Positions 9,633 to 19,751 of a DNA stretch of 57,079 nt are shown here, in pieces. Source of the DNA: Nitrosopumilaceae archaeon (lineage in GTDB: Archaea > Thermoproteota > Nitrososphaeria > Nitrososphaerales > Nitrosopumilaceae); assembly GCA_021296175.1 (NCBI GenBank), contig JAGWAX010000001.1, positions 1 to 57,079 on the forward strand. The letters are read 5' to 3'. Numbering within the stretch: the stretch's first letter is position 1; the number at the start of each line of letters is the position of its first letter. Both the position numbers and the translations under genes were made by a program. The notes under the pieces were generated by a model that did not search any database, was not told where the DNA came from, and worked only from the letters and a program-made list of their open reading frames with translations.

Positions 9633-9883
9633 AGTACACCAAGTACAACCTGCCGTGGCCGCTCCTGACGCGCATCCGGTTTGACGGCGCCAAGATAAGG
9701 GCGCTCGCGGCCGCAGTGAGGCCCGCGCTGCACGTGTCTGCAAGCACGTTTGGCTCTACGTTTCTGCCGTACATGCTGCACTGCATGAAGTCGGGTACCA
9801 TTGTGACGCCGGATCCGAAGGAGGACGAGAACGGCGAGATTATCGCAAAGGAGGCTGTGAGGCTTGGGACGCCAAGAGGGTAG
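9623..9883 (+). CDS. rfcL: Replication factor C large subunit, C-terminal part in the -1 frame (frameshift or split gene)
   Basis: 'IKYTKYNLPWPLL...LHVSASTF...LPY' resembles the RFC-L C-terminal segment; frame is open upstream through a G/S-rich linker. Confidence 0.7.
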   Translation: MAIKYTKYNLPWPLLTRIRFDGAKIRALAAAVRPALHVSASTFGSTFLPYMLHCMKSGTIVTPDPKEDENGEIIAKEAVRLGTPRG

Positions 9884-9940
9884 CATGTGCCGTCGCCGCG
9901 CCGCACGCTGGTTTTTACATCTCGAGGGGAGGCGCCCACG

Positions 9941-10318
9941 ATGAGCCTTACGGATTTCTCGGATGATCAAAAATGGAGAAAGATCACGATGAAGTTTACG
10001 GGCAAGTGCATGGATTGCTCGAAGCCGATCCTCGCCGGCCAGCAGGGGATGTGGTCCAAGGGCATCGGGGTCAAGCACCTTGGCTGCGCCGGCGTCGACG
10101 ATGACGACAACAAGGAGGGATCGAAGCCCGCGGTCAGGATATCATGCGCGGTGTGTGGCAAACCTGCCGGGTGCAACGAGTGCGAGTTCCAGGACACCTG
10201 CGACATCCCCAACGTCTCACCCAACTGCCTGTGCCACGACTGCAGCCAGAAGGGCGACGTGATGCGCCTGTACCAAAAGTCGACGGGCAGCAAGTTTCCC
10301 CTGCTACTGCAAGGCTGA
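9941..10318 (+). CDS. Cys-rich putative zinc-binding protein
   Basis: CxxC...HxxC and further CxxC pairs. Confidence 0.8.
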   Translation: MSLTDFSDDQKWRKITMKFTGKCMDCSKPILAGQQGMWSKGIGVKHLGCAGVDDDDNKEGSKPAVRISCAVCGKPAGCNECEFQDTCDIPNVSPNCLCHDCSQKGDVMRLYQKSTGSKFPLLLQG

Positions 10319-10450
10319 TCCCGCTATCGCGCCGCGCGGCCCCGTCCATACTGGAACTCTGGTTCGAGACGCGTGAGATCAGACCCGGCGGGCCTCGCCG
10401 CATCTGCAAACGGCAGGCCGCGGAGAAAAAAACCCAAAAATCTAGTTTGA

Positions 10451-10458
10451 TATATAAA
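10451..10458 (+). promoter_or_regulatory. TATA box of the acc operon (probably leaderless transcript)
   Basis: TATATAAA in an A-rich context, 23-30 nt upstream of the GTG start at 10481. Confidence 0.6.
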
Positions 10459-10480
10459 CCTGCACTAAACCCGTCTCATA

Positions 10481-12028
10481 GTGCATTCTGAAAAAATTAA
10501 CAAGTTCAGACAGAACCGAGAGACGGCACTGCAGGGGGGAGGGCCCGACCGGACAAAGGCCCAGCATGAAAAGGGCAAGCTGACCGCGCGCGAGCGCATA
10601 GACCTGCTGCTTGACGAGGGGACGTTCGTCGAGGTGGATCCGCTTGCCACGCACCACTACCACGAGTACGACATGCAGAAAAAAAAGTACTTTACAGACG
10701 GGGTCGTCGGGGGATACGGCCAGATCGCAGGCAGGCAGACGTTTGTCTTCGCGTACGACTTTACCGTGCTGGGCGGGACGCTCAGCAACATGGGGGCAAA
10801 GAAGATTACAAAGCTGATGGACCACGCGGTCCGCACCGGGTGCCCGATCGTGGGGATAATGGACTCCGGGGGGGCCCGCATACAGGAGGGCATAATGAGC
10901 CTGGACGGGTTCGCGGACATCTTCTACCACAACCAGCTCGCGTCCGGCGTCGTCCCGCAGATAACTGCCAGCATAGGCCCATCGGCGGGGGGCTCGGTGT
11001 ACTCGCCGGCCATGACCGACTTTGTCATTATGGTCCAAAAGGCCGGCACCATGTTCGTGACTGGCCCCGACGTGGTAAAGACCGTGCTGGGCGAGGAGAT
11101 ATCATTTGACGATCTGGGCGGGGCGATGACCCACGGCACCAAGAGCGGGGTGGCCCATTTTGTTGCGAGCAACGAGTACGACTGCATGGACTACATCCGC
11201 CGCCTCCTGTCGTATTTGCCGCAGAACAACTCGCGCGGCCCCGAGCCCGTAAAGCCCGACGACGATCCCAACAGGCTCGACCACAACCTCATAAACATAC
11301 TTCCGGAGAACCCGCTTGAGCCGTACGACATGAAGGAGATCATAACCAAGATCGTCGACAACAACGAGTTCTTCGAGGTCCACGAGCTCTTTGCGCCCAA
11401 TATAGTCGTGGGATTTGCGAGGATGGACGGAAGGGCAGTCGGGATAGTGGCAAACAACCCGATGCACCTGGCCGGCGCGCTCGACATCGAATCCTCAAAC
11501 AAGGCCGCCAGGTTCGTCAGGTTCTGCGACGCGTTCTCCATACCGATCATCACCCTCGTGGACACCCCGGGGTACATGCCCGGCTCGAACCAGGAGCACA
11601 ACGGGATAATCAGGCACGGCTCCAAGCTGCTGTACGCGTACTGCGAGGCCACCGTCCCGAAGATCGCGCTGGTGGTGGGCAAGGCGTACGGCGGAGCGTA
11701 CATCGCGATGGCAAGCAAGAACCTGCGCACGGACGTCAACTATGCGTGGCCCACGGCCAGGTGCGCCGTCCTGGGCGGGGAGGCCGCAGTCAAGATAATG
11801 TACCGCAAGGAGCTGCAGGCCGCAGAGGACGCCGAGTCGCTCAGCAAGGGGCTGATAGACGAGTTTGTAGAAAAGTTCGAGAACCCGTACGTGGCCGCCT
11901 CGCACGGCACCGTGGACAACGTGATCGATCCGGCCGAGACCCGGCCGATGCTGATAAAGGCGCTGCACATGCTTGCAGGCAAGCGCGAAAAGCAGCTGTC
12001 GCGCAAGCACGGGAACATAAACCTGTAA
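10481..12028 (+). CDS. pccB: Acetyl-/propionyl-CoA carboxylase, carboxyltransferase subunit (3HP/4HB cycle)
   Basis: GKLTARERI, DSGGARIQEG, VDTPGY, AYGGAY, KHGNINL. Confidence 0.96.
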   Translation: MHSEKINKFRQNRETALQGGGPDRTKAQHEKGKLTARERIDLLLDEGTFVEVDPLATHHYHEYDMQKKKYFTDGVVGGYGQIAGRQTFVFAYDFTVLGGTLSNMGAKKITKLMDHAVRTGCPIVGIMDSGGARIQEGIMSLDGFADIFYHNQLASGVVPQITASIGPSAGGSVYSPAMTDFVIMVQKAGTMFVTGPDVVKTVLGEEISFDDLGGAMTHGTKSGVAHFVASNEYDCMDYIRRLLSYLPQNNSRGPEPVKPDDDPNRLDHNLINILPENPLEPYDMKEIITKIVDNNEFFEVHELFAPNIVVGFARMDGRAVGIVANNPMHLAGALDIESSNKAARFVRFCDAFSIPIITLVDTPGYMPGSNQEHNGIIRHGSKLLYAYCEATVPKIALVVGKAYGGAYIAMASKNLRTDVNYAWPTARCAVLGGEAAVKIMYRKELQAAEDAESLSKGLIDEFVEKFENPYVAASHGTVDNVIDPAETRPMLIKALHMLAGKREKQLSRKHGNINL

Positions 12029-12099
12029 TGATGTGGTGGTTGCATGATGAGTTCCGGTTGCCGCAGCAGCAGTAGTAGTGGAGTGGGGGATGACCGCAC

Positions 12100-13635
12100 A
12101 TGATTGAAAAGGTACTGATCGCAAACAGGGGCGAGATCGCGCTGCGGGTGATCCGCACCTGCCGCGCGCTAGGTATCGGGACGGTCGCCGTATACTCCGA
12201 CGAGGATACCAACTCGCTCCACGTAAAGCAGGCCGGCGAGGCGTACCATATCGGCCGGGCGGCGCCTGCCGAGTCGTACCTCAACCAGGAAAAGATGCTC
12301 GACGTGATCAAAAGGTCGGGCGCCGACGCCGTCCACCCGGGGTACGGGTTCCTCTCCGAGAACGACGACTTTGCGCGCCTGTGCGAAAAGAACTCTATCA
12401 ACTTTATCGGGCCCACCGCCGACTCGATGAACCTGTGCGGCGACAAAATGCGCTGCAAGGCGGCGATGCTAAAGGCAGACGTGCCGACCGTGCCGGGCAG
12501 CCCCGACCTGGTAAAGGACGTGGAGGAGGCCGTGTCCACCGCAAACGAGATCGGGTATCCGGTGCTGCTAAAGTCGGTGTACGGGGGCGGCGGCCGCGGA
12601 ATCAGGCTGGCCTCAAACGACGCGGAGCTGCGCGCCGGCTACGAGTCTGTGACCGGCGAGTCGATTGCGGCAGTCGGAAAGTCCGCCATACTGGTCGAAA
12701 AGTTCCTTGAAAAGACGCGCCATATCGAATACCAGATGGCGCGCGACAAGCACGGCAACACGGTCCACCTGTTTGAGCGCGAATGCTCGATACAGCGCCG
12801 CAACCAAAAGCTGATAGAGCAGACCCCCTCGCCGGTCGTCGACGCCGAGACCCGCGAACGCATAGGCTCCATAGTATGCGACGCGGCAGAAGCAGTCGAC
12901 TATACGAACCTGGGCACGGCGGAGTTTCTGCGCGCCGACACGGGCGAGTTCTACTTTATCGAGATAAACGCGAGGCTCCAGGTGGAGCATCCCATCACGG
13001 AGTACGTGTCGGGTTTGGACCTGGTGAAACTGCAGATAGACATCGCAAACGGGGAGCCCCTGCCGTTCAAGCAAAAGGACCTCGTGATGAACGGGTATGC
13101 CATCGAGTGTCGCATAAACGCGGAGGACACGTTCCTGGACTTTGCGCCCTCCACGGGCCCCGTCCCGGGCGTGGAGCTGCCAGCGGGCCCCGGCGTGAGG
13201 TGCGACACCTACCTGTATCCGGGGTGCACAGTGTCGCCGTTTTACGACTCGCTGATGGCAAAGCTGGTAACGTGGGGGCAGACGTTCGAGGAGTCCCGCA
13301 GCAGGATGCTGGTTGCGCTTGATGACTTTTACATACGCGGGGTGGAGACGTCCATACCGCTCTACAAGACCATACTGCGCTCCGACGAGTACAAGGCGGG
13401 GCAGCTCTCGACTGACTTTCTAAAGCGGTACGGCATGGTTGAGAGGCTTGAAAACGACATCGCCGAGGACAAGAAGTCGAGGGCGGACGCGGCCATGGCC
13501 GCGGCCGTAATGCACTCGGAGTTTCTCAAGAGCAGGGCCGGCAAGGGCGGCCGCGGTGATGATAATGGCGGCGGTGCAGCAGCAGTTGACGCGGACGCGG
13601 ACCACCGCAACGAGCACTGGAGGATGCAGCAATGA
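12100..13635 (+). CDS. accC: Biotin carboxylase subunit
   Basis: ANRGEIALR, HPGYGFLSEN, GGGGRG, ERECSIQRRNQK, RLQVEH. Confidence 0.96.
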   Translation: MIEKVLIANRGEIALRVIRTCRALGIGTVAVYSDEDTNSLHVKQAGEAYHIGRAAPAESYLNQEKMLDVIKRSGADAVHPGYGFLSENDDFARLCEKNSINFIGPTADSMNLCGDKMRCKAAMLKADVPTVPGSPDLVKDVEEAVSTANEIGYPVLLKSVYGGGGRGIRLASNDAELRAGYESVTGESIAAVGKSAILVEKFLEKTRHIEYQMARDKHGNTVHLFERECSIQRRNQKLIEQTPSPVVDAETRERIGSIVCDAAEAVDYTNLGTAEFLRADTGEFYFIEINARLQVEHPITEYVSGLDLVKLQIDIANGEPLPFKQKDLVMNGYAIECRINAEDTFLDFAPSTGPVPGVELPAGPGVRCDTYLYPGCTVSPFYDSLMAKLVTWGQTFEESRSRMLVALDDFYIRGVETSIPLYKTILRSDEYKAGQLSTDFLKRYGMVERLENDIAEDKKSRADAAMAAAVMHSEFLKSRAGKGGRGDDNGGGAAAVDADADHRNEHWRMQQ

Positions 13636-14159
13636 AATTCTCAATAGACGGGGTCGACTCCAAGGGGATGGACGCCGGCATGGGCGAGCCGCTTGGCGGC
13701 GGCCAATACTCGGTTCGGATAAACGGGGCCGACCGCGCACTGCGCGTTCTTCGCATCACGTCGACGGGCATCGAGTTCATGCTTGATGACGTATACCATA
13801 AGGCAAGGTACGTATCGCGCACCACCCGAGAGATGTCCATGGTTGTCGACGGCGTGGAGATGTCGCTTGGGATGCACGCGGACTTTGATGATATCGTATA
13901 CAAGAACTCTGGCGGCGCGGGCGCCGACGGTGCCGGCGGCAGCGCCCAGGTCTCCCTGAAGAGCCAGATTCCCGGCAAGGTCGTATCAGTCGCCGTATCT
14001 GAGGGCGACACGGTCGCAAAGGGCGACGTGGTATGCACCCTGGAGTCGATGAAGATGCAGGTGGCAGTAAAGGCGCACAAAGACGGCACCGTGGGTTCCA
14101 TCAAGGTAAGGGAGTCTGCTACGGTCGCAAAGGGCGACACGATAGCCGAGATCAACTAA
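13632..14159 (+). CDS. accB: Biotin carboxyl carrier protein
   Basis: Biotinylation motif ESMKM; ATGA overlap with accC. Confidence 0.93.
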   Translation: MKFSIDGVDSKGMDAGMGEPLGGGQYSVRINGADRALRVLRITSTGIEFMLDDVYHKARYVSRTTREMSMVVDGVEMSLGMHADFDDIVYKNSGGAGADGAGGSAQVSLKSQIPGKVVSVAVSEGDTVAKGDVVCTLESMKMQVAVKAHKDGTVGSIKVRESATVAKGDTIAEIN

Positions 14160-14278
14160 ACCGCAATGCGTGCGGTACTGCACCTGATTTTCTGCCAGCT
14201 ACTGTTGCCGCCGCAGGGCCGACGCCCACCGCCACGCGATCCTAGTTGGTTCATATTGTAATGCTTGCAAGCCTGCTT

Positions 14279-14355
14279 GGGGACGTAGGTTAGCTTGGTA
14301 GACTGCCAGCCTCGGGCGCTGGAGATCGTGGGTTCAAGTCCCACCGTCCCCACCA
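14279..14355 (+). tRNA. tRNA-Pro(CGG), CCA encoded
   Basis: GGGGACG/CGTCCCC acceptor, CCAGC-CTCGGGC-GCTGG anticodon arm, GTGGG-TTCAAGT-CCCAC T arm. Confidence 0.96.
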
Positions 14356-14475
14356 TAATTATTCGCACTCGCAGGACGCGCTATTCGATTTATCCGCGTG
14401 GCCCTCGCCGCAGCCGGTCCTTTCCACACGCGTCGTCTTTTAAGACCTTTATAGCGCGTGAAAGGCATGCATGCA

Positions 14476-14946
14476 ATGGCTTTGAACGTTGGCGACGCCG
14501 CTCCTGACTTTGAGCTTCCGGACACGGAGCTGAAGATGCGGAGCTTGGGCGAGTTCACCGGCGAGAAAAAGGTTGTCCTGACGTTTATTGTCGCAGCAAG
14601 CTCCCCCGTATGCGAGACGGAGCTGTGCACGCTCAGGGACTCGTGGCAGGAGATCTCCGATGCAGGCGCGCAGGTCGTGGCAGTCAGCAACGACGGGCCG
14701 TTTGCAAACAAGGCGTTTGCGGCCGCAAACAACTACACGTTCCCGTTCCTGTCCGACTATAACAGCAGAACAATAAGGGACTACGACGTGCTGATGAAGG
14801 ATCTCTTGCACATCAAGGACTATAACGCCGCAAAGCGCTCGGTCTTTGTGATAAACGAGGACGGCCGAATCGGATACAAGTGGGTGACTGACAACCCTCT
14901 GGAGGAGCCGGACTATGCCGAGATCAAGAATTACATAAAGGGCTAG
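14476..14946 (+). CDS. Peroxiredoxin (AhpC/TSA, BCP-like)
   Basis: GDAAPDFELPD, SPVCETELC, FPFLSD, RSVFVI. Confidence 0.9.
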   Translation: MALNVGDAAPDFELPDTELKMRSLGEFTGEKKVVLTFIVAASSPVCETELCTLRDSWQEISDAGAQVVAVSNDGPFANKAFAAANNYTFPFLSDYNSRTIRDYDVLMKDLLHIKDYNAAKRSVFVINEDGRIGYKWVTDNPLEEPDYAEIKNYIKG

Positions 14947-15097
14947 AGCCCTGCCGTCTCATTTCACGTCATTTTTAGCACACGCGCCAAGGCGCGTTGC
15001 TTGCCTGCCCTCTTGCCCTTGTCCGATCCCACCGTACAGGCGTGCCGCCGCCGCTGCGCAACGGCTCGTTACGATGCCATGGCGCCCGTCGGCCGCG

Positions 15098-15151
15098 TGG
15101 TGCCTGACGTATGGTGCCTGACGTATGGTGCCTGACGTATGGTGCCTGACG
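15098..15151. repeat. Tandem repeat, 14-bp unit TGGTGCCTGACGTA x ~3.9
   Basis: Units start at 15098, 15112, 15126 and 15140. Confidence 0.95.
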
Positions 15152-15397
15152 CGTAGTGGACACGTATCCTTCTGCTTGGTACTGGCCGGCTCTGAGAGGC
15201 CGGCTGCAGTCACGGACGGCACCGTATGTGCAGCATGAGCCGGAGCCGCCCTGCCGCCGCTGGAACCTGTCAAAAGCCCTGCTCGGGGATTGCGCACCGG
15301 TCGCCGATCGGTGGCAAATTATAAGTACATATTTTATGCCTGTATTTCAAATTTAAAGGATAGCTTTTTATACAAAAATCAGAGCCACAATATGATT

Positions 15398-15772
15398 ATG
15401 GTCGGGGAGTTGGCGGGAAATTACAGCACTGTGGTGCTGATGTTCGGCTTTGCCGCGGCCGCAATGGCGCCCGCCCTGTTCGTGTCCCGCATGGTGTCGC
15501 CCCGGAAGCGCAGCAACCCGGTAAAGTTCCTGCCCATGGAGTGCGGCCAGGTGCCGTCGGGGGAGGGCCGCACGCACTTTATGATGCAGTACTATCCGTA
15601 CATCCTGATGTTCGTGGTGTTTGACGTGATGGCCATATTTTTGTACGCGTGGGGCAGCTCGCTCTTCGAGCTTCCAAAGAGCGCGACCCTGCCGATGATC
15701 GGGTTCCTCGGGATAATGTTTGGCGCGATGGCGTTTGCGCTGTTCCAGTCGGGGAGGCGGCGGATATGGTAG
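15398..15772 (+). CDS. nuoA: NADH-quinone oxidoreductase subunit A
   Basis: PMECG, MFVVFDV, three TM helices. Confidence 0.93.
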   Translation: MVGELAGNYSTVVLMFGFAAAAMAPALFVSRMVSPRKRSNPVKFLPMECGQVPSGEGRTHFMMQYYPYILMFVVFDVMAIFLYAWGSSLFELPKSATLPMIGFLGIMFGAMAFALFQSGRRRIW

Positions 15773-15866
15773 TTTCTTATATGCGGGGCTTGTACTGCAT
15801 TCAAGGCGAACGGGATTTGGCGGTATCTGTAATGACGTGCAGGGCATGGCGGCGGTGATCGGTTAG

Positions 15867-16391
15867 ATGCTAAAGGATGTCCTGACCCCGGAGAATGCCA
15901 ACGTGTTCGTGGGCAAGCTTGGCGACATACTGGAGCGTGCGATAGACAAGCCCTTGGGCTATGCAATCAACTGGGGGCGCATATGGTCCCTGTGGCCAGT
16001 GCACATAGAGACTGCCTGTTGCAGCGTGGAGTTCGGGGCCGCGTCCAGTCCGAGATATGACGTTGAGCGGTTCGGGATTATAGAGGCGTTCGGTTCGCTG
16101 CGCCAGTGCGATCTGGTCGTGGTTCAGGGGACCATAACGCGCAAGATGGCCCCGCGGCTGAGGCTGGTCTACGACCAGATGCCAGAGCCCAAGTACGTCA
16201 TTGCGATGGGGGCGTGCGCCATTACGGGCGGGCTCTACTTTGATTCATACAACGTGTTGCCTGGAATCGACGGGGTGATTCCGGTTGATGTATACGTGCC
16301 AGGGTGTCCGCCAAGGCCCGAGACGCTTATCCAAGGCTGCATCCTGCTGCAAGAGAAGATCAAGAGGATGAAAGCCAGGAAGATCGTATAA
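15867..16391 (+). CDS. nuoB: NADH-quinone oxidoreductase subunit B
   Basis: TACCSVE, MGACA, VPGCPPRPE. Confidence 0.96.
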   Translation: MLKDVLTPENANVFVGKLGDILERAIDKPLGYAINWGRIWSLWPVHIETACCSVEFGAASSPRYDVERFGIIEAFGSLRQCDLVVVQGTITRKMAPRLRLVYDQMPEPKYVIAMGACAITGGLYFDSYNVLPGIDGVIPVDVYVPGCPPRPETLIQGCILLQEKIKRMKARKIV

Positions 16392-17230
16392 TGAGCAAAG
16401 ATTCACAGGCAGCTGCAGAAAAGCCAGCCTCAGAAGATGCAAAGCCAGAGCCCAAGTCTCTGGATGCAGATGCGCCCGCAGGCTCACCTGCCAAGTCTGC
16501 TGCAGGTGAGTCCAAGGAGGCTCCAGAAGGGGCGGCCGACGCCAAGAGCTCCCCCGCACCGGACAAGCCTGATACTTTGAAGGATGAAAAGCCGGCTACG
16601 GCCGCCAAGCCAGCAGCTGCAAAGCCCGCGGCCGCGGCCGCCAAGCCCCCCGCCCCTGCCAAGCCAGCAGCTGCAAAGCCCGCAGCCGCCAGGCCCTCGC
16701 CTGCGGCCAAGAAAGCCCCCCCTCCGCCCCCCGCGCCGCCAGAGTTTGAAAAGGGCATATCTGACAAAATCCTTGAACAGTTCGGCGACAAGGTCGAGTC
16801 CACGTTCATAAAGCCTGGCCGAATAGGGATAAAAGCGGGGCGTGATGACGTGCATAGCGTGGCGGAATTCATCAGGGACGAGATGAGCTATGACCATGTG
16901 GAGTCCGTATCCGGCGTGGACTATGCGGCAGACGGGGAGATCGAGGTGGTGTACCACATTGGATCATACACGGACGACTCGCTGGAGAACCAGATAATCG
17001 CCCTGTCCACGAGGGCGCAGCGCGAGGACGACCCGATACCGGGCGGGGACGCCACCAGGCTGCCCACTTTACGCGACGTCTTTTACAGCGTCGAGTTCCA
17101 CGAGCGTGAGATATTTGAGATGTTCGGGGTCTATTTTGAGGGGCATCCGGACAACCGCCGGCTGCTGCTGCCAGAGGACTGGGCCGACCTGCCGCCCCTC
17201 AGGAAGGACTTTGCGATAAAGGGAAGGTGA
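16391..17230 (+). CDS. nuoC: NADH-quinone oxidoreductase subunit C with long A/P/K-rich N-terminal extension
   Basis: EREIFEMFGVYFEGHPD...PLRKDF. Confidence 0.93.
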   Translation: MSKDSQAAAEKPASEDAKPEPKSLDADAPAGSPAKSAAGESKEAPEGAADAKSSPAPDKPDTLKDEKPATAAKPAAAKPAAAAAKPPAPAKPAAAKPAAARPSPAAKKAPPPPPAPPEFEKGISDKILEQFGDKVESTFIKPGRIGIKAGRDDVHSVAEFIRDEMSYDHVESVSGVDYAADGEIEVVYHIGSYTDDSLENQIIALSTRAQREDDPIPGGDATRLPTLRDVFYSVEFHEREIFEMFGVYFEGHPDNRRLLLPEDWADLPPLRKDFAIKGR

Positions 17231-18447
17231 CTGCGACGGCGACTACTGACACCCCAACTACAACGACGGCAGCGCCCCCTGCGCCGGCCGCTGCTGCTGT
17301 TGCCGCCGGATCGGCCGCCCCGGAGCTTCCGCCGGGACTCGCGTTGCAAAAGGTCGACGAGCGCATAATGACGCTCAACGTGGGGCCGCAGCATCCGGGC
17401 TCCGGGCACATGCGGATCATAGTCCAGATAGACGGCGACCACATAGTGGCCTGCGACCCCGACCCGGGATACGTACACCGCGGCGAGGAGAAGATGGCCG
17501 AGTACCGCAACTACATCACGAACATCCCCCACCTCGAGAGGCCCGTCATACACGACTCGTGCAACATCCTGTACCCGTACGTGCTGGGCGTCGAGGAGCT
17601 GCTGGGAATCGAGACGCCGGAGCGCGCAAAGTACGTGAGGGTGATAGCGTCGGAGCTGAACCGCTGCATATACACGATGTACTGGCTTGCCATATACGGG
17701 ATATTCCTGGGGCACTCGACTATGTTCATGTGGCCCGCCGGGGACCGCGAGCTGCTGATAGACCTGATGGAGAAGATGACCGGCGCCCGCGTCACCCACG
17801 CGCACTTTGTCCCGGGCGGCGTGCGCAACGACCTTCCCCCGAACTTTGAGGACGTCTGCCTGAGGCAGGTGAACTATTTTGAAAAGCGCATCAAAGAGTA
17901 CGCCGACATATTCTACGACAACCCCATACTGATATCGCGCACCCGGGATACGGGCGTGCTCTCAAGGCAGGACGCCATACGCCTCGGCACCACGGGCTCC
18001 GTCCTGAGGGCAAGCGGCGTCGACTACGACGTGCGCAAAAAGGAGCCGTACGACGTGTACGACGAGCTTGACGTCAACACGAACGTGATGAAGGAGGGCG
18101 ACTCGTACGCCCGGTCGCGCGTCCCGTGGCTTGACATGATGGAGAGCTGCAACATCATACGCAGCGCGCTCGAGAAGATGCCAAGCTCCGGCTCCGTGCG
18201 CGTCAAGCTAAAGCCAAACCCCAAGGGCGGGCACGACACCGTGTACAAGCGCGTCGAGTCCGGCAGGGGCTCGCTCGGCTGCTATATCGTATCTGACGGC
18301 AAGCCGGAGCCCTACCGCGTAAAGATGAGCGTCGGCTCGTTCCGCAACCTCATCGCCCTGCCGTACCTGCTGAAGGGCGAAAAGCTGGGCAACATGCCCG
18401 CCGTATACTGGAGCCTGAACTACTGGCCCGTGGAGGCTGACAGGTAA
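17227..18447 (+). CDS. nuoD: NADH-quinone oxidoreductase subunit D
   Basis: NVGPQHP, GYVHRGEEK, VESGRG, C-terminal EADR. Confidence 0.95.
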   Translation: MTATATTDTPTTTTAAPPAPAAAAVAAGSAAPELPPGLALQKVDERIMTLNVGPQHPGSGHMRIIVQIDGDHIVACDPDPGYVHRGEEKMAEYRNYITNIPHLERPVIHDSCNILYPYVLGVEELLGIETPERAKYVRVIASELNRCIYTMYWLAIYGIFLGHSTMFMWPAGDRELLIDLMEKMTGARVTHAHFVPGGVRNDLPPNFEDVCLRQVNYFEKRIKEYADIFYDNPILISRTRDTGVLSRQDAIRLGTTGSVLRASGVDYDVRKKEPYDVYDELDVNTNVMKEGDSYARSRVPWLDMMESCNIIRSALEKMPSSGSVRVKLKPNPKGGHDTVYKRVESGRGSLGCYIVSDGKPEPYRVKMSVGSFRNLIALPYLLKGEKLGNMPAVYWSLNYWPVEADR

Positions 18448-19751
18448 TGTCCGTCATAGCGCCCGACTTTAGGCTGAGCAGCTTTATCCGGTCGATATTT
18501 GACAACGCGTTCTGGGCCCTGCTGCTGGCAAACTTGGCGGGGATACCGGCCATAATGATGGTGCTGTTCTACATCGAGATGCCCGTGATAGACGGCGAGC
18601 TGCTCACGCCGTTCCTTGCGTTTAGTTGGCTTGCCGACCCCTCGAGGACCCTGCCGATAGTGCACGCGTTCATGGCGACTGACCTGTTCCGGGTGGTGGC
18701 GTTTCCCGGGTTCGGGTTCGCCGCGCTGATTGCCGCGGCCACCATATTCGTCGAGCGCAAGATGCTCGCAAAGCTCCAGCTGCGGGTCGGGCCGTTCTAC
18801 TGCGGCAAGATCGAGGGGATACTGCAGCTGATGGGCGACGGGCTCAAACTGATATCAAAGGAGATAATCATACCGGCAAAGGCCGACAAGCCGATATTCT
18901 GGGTCGCGCCGGTCATATTCGTCGCGACCGCGGCCGCGTTCGTGGCGCTGATCCCGGTCGCCCCGGGCTGGGTGGTGGCCGACGTCGATCTGGGGCTGAT
19001 CGCGGTGTTTGCCGTAATCGGGTTCTTCCCCATAATCACAATACTGTCCGCGTGGTCTGCAAACTCAAAGTTCCCGTTCATCGGCGGGATAAGGGCCCTG
19101 TTTCAGATGGTCTCATTTGAGATCCCGCTCATACTCTCGCTCCTCGGCGTCGTGATCCTGACGGGCACCCTGAACCTGTCTGAGATCGCCGCAAGCCAGT
19201 CCTCGTTCCCGTGGATAGTATTCCTGCCCATCGGCGCTATCGTGTTCTTTACCACCATGCTTGCGGAGCTGGAGAGGATACCCTTTGACCTGCCGGAGGC
19301 CGAGTCTGAAATTGTGGCAGGCTGGCTTACAGAGTTCTCCGGCATGATGTACGGGCTCGTGCAGCTGGGGACGTACCTCAAGCTGTACGCCTTTGCGGCG
19401 CTGTTCGTGGTGCTCTTCCTGGGAGGATGGCACGGGCCGATGGTGGTGCCGCCGTTCCCCGAGGAGATACTGCTTGACGGCATAGTGATGGGGCCCGTAA
19501 CCGCAAAGATCCCGGGGCTCCCGCTGTTTACCCAGGAGATGATCAACGGGACCTTCTGGTTTGTGCTCAAGACCGTCGGCGTCATATTCTTCATCCTGCT
19601 GCCGAGGGGAGTATTCCCGCGCATCAGGATAGACATGCTGCTGAACCTGGGCTGGTCCAAGCTGATAGGGCTCGCCTTTGTCAACATCTTTATTGCACTC
19701 GGGCTGCTTTACGCTGGAGTCCTGGGACCTGGAGGTATGCTGCCGCAATGA
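18447..19751 (+). CDS. nuoH: NADH-quinone oxidoreductase subunit H
   Basis: ERKMLAKLQLRVGP, RIPFDLPEAESEIVAG. Confidence 0.96.
   Translation: MSVIAPDFRLSSFIRSIFDNAFWALLLANLAGIPAIMMVLFYIEMPVIDGELLTPFLAFSWLADPSRTLPIVHAFMATDLFRVVAFPGFGFAALIAAATIFVERKMLAKLQLRVGPFYCGKIEGILQLMGDGLKLISKEIIIPAKADKPIFWVAPVIFVATAAAFVALIPVAPGWVVADVDLGLIAVFAVIGFFPIITILSAWSANSKFPFIGGIRALFQMVSFEIPLILSLLGVVILTGTLNLSEIAASQSSFPWIVFLPIGAIVFFTTMLAELERIPFDLPEAESEIVAGWLTEFSGMMYGLVQLGTYLKLYAFAALFVVLFLGGWHGPMVVPPFPEEILLDGIVMGPVTAKIPGLPLFTQEMINGTFWFVLKTVGVIFFILLPRGVFPRIRIDMLLNLGWSKLIGLAFVNIFIALGLLYAGVLGPGGMLPQ

Noticed and set aside
15098..15151. Possible CRISPR array
   Set aside because: 14-bp head-to-tail units with no spacers and no cas genes
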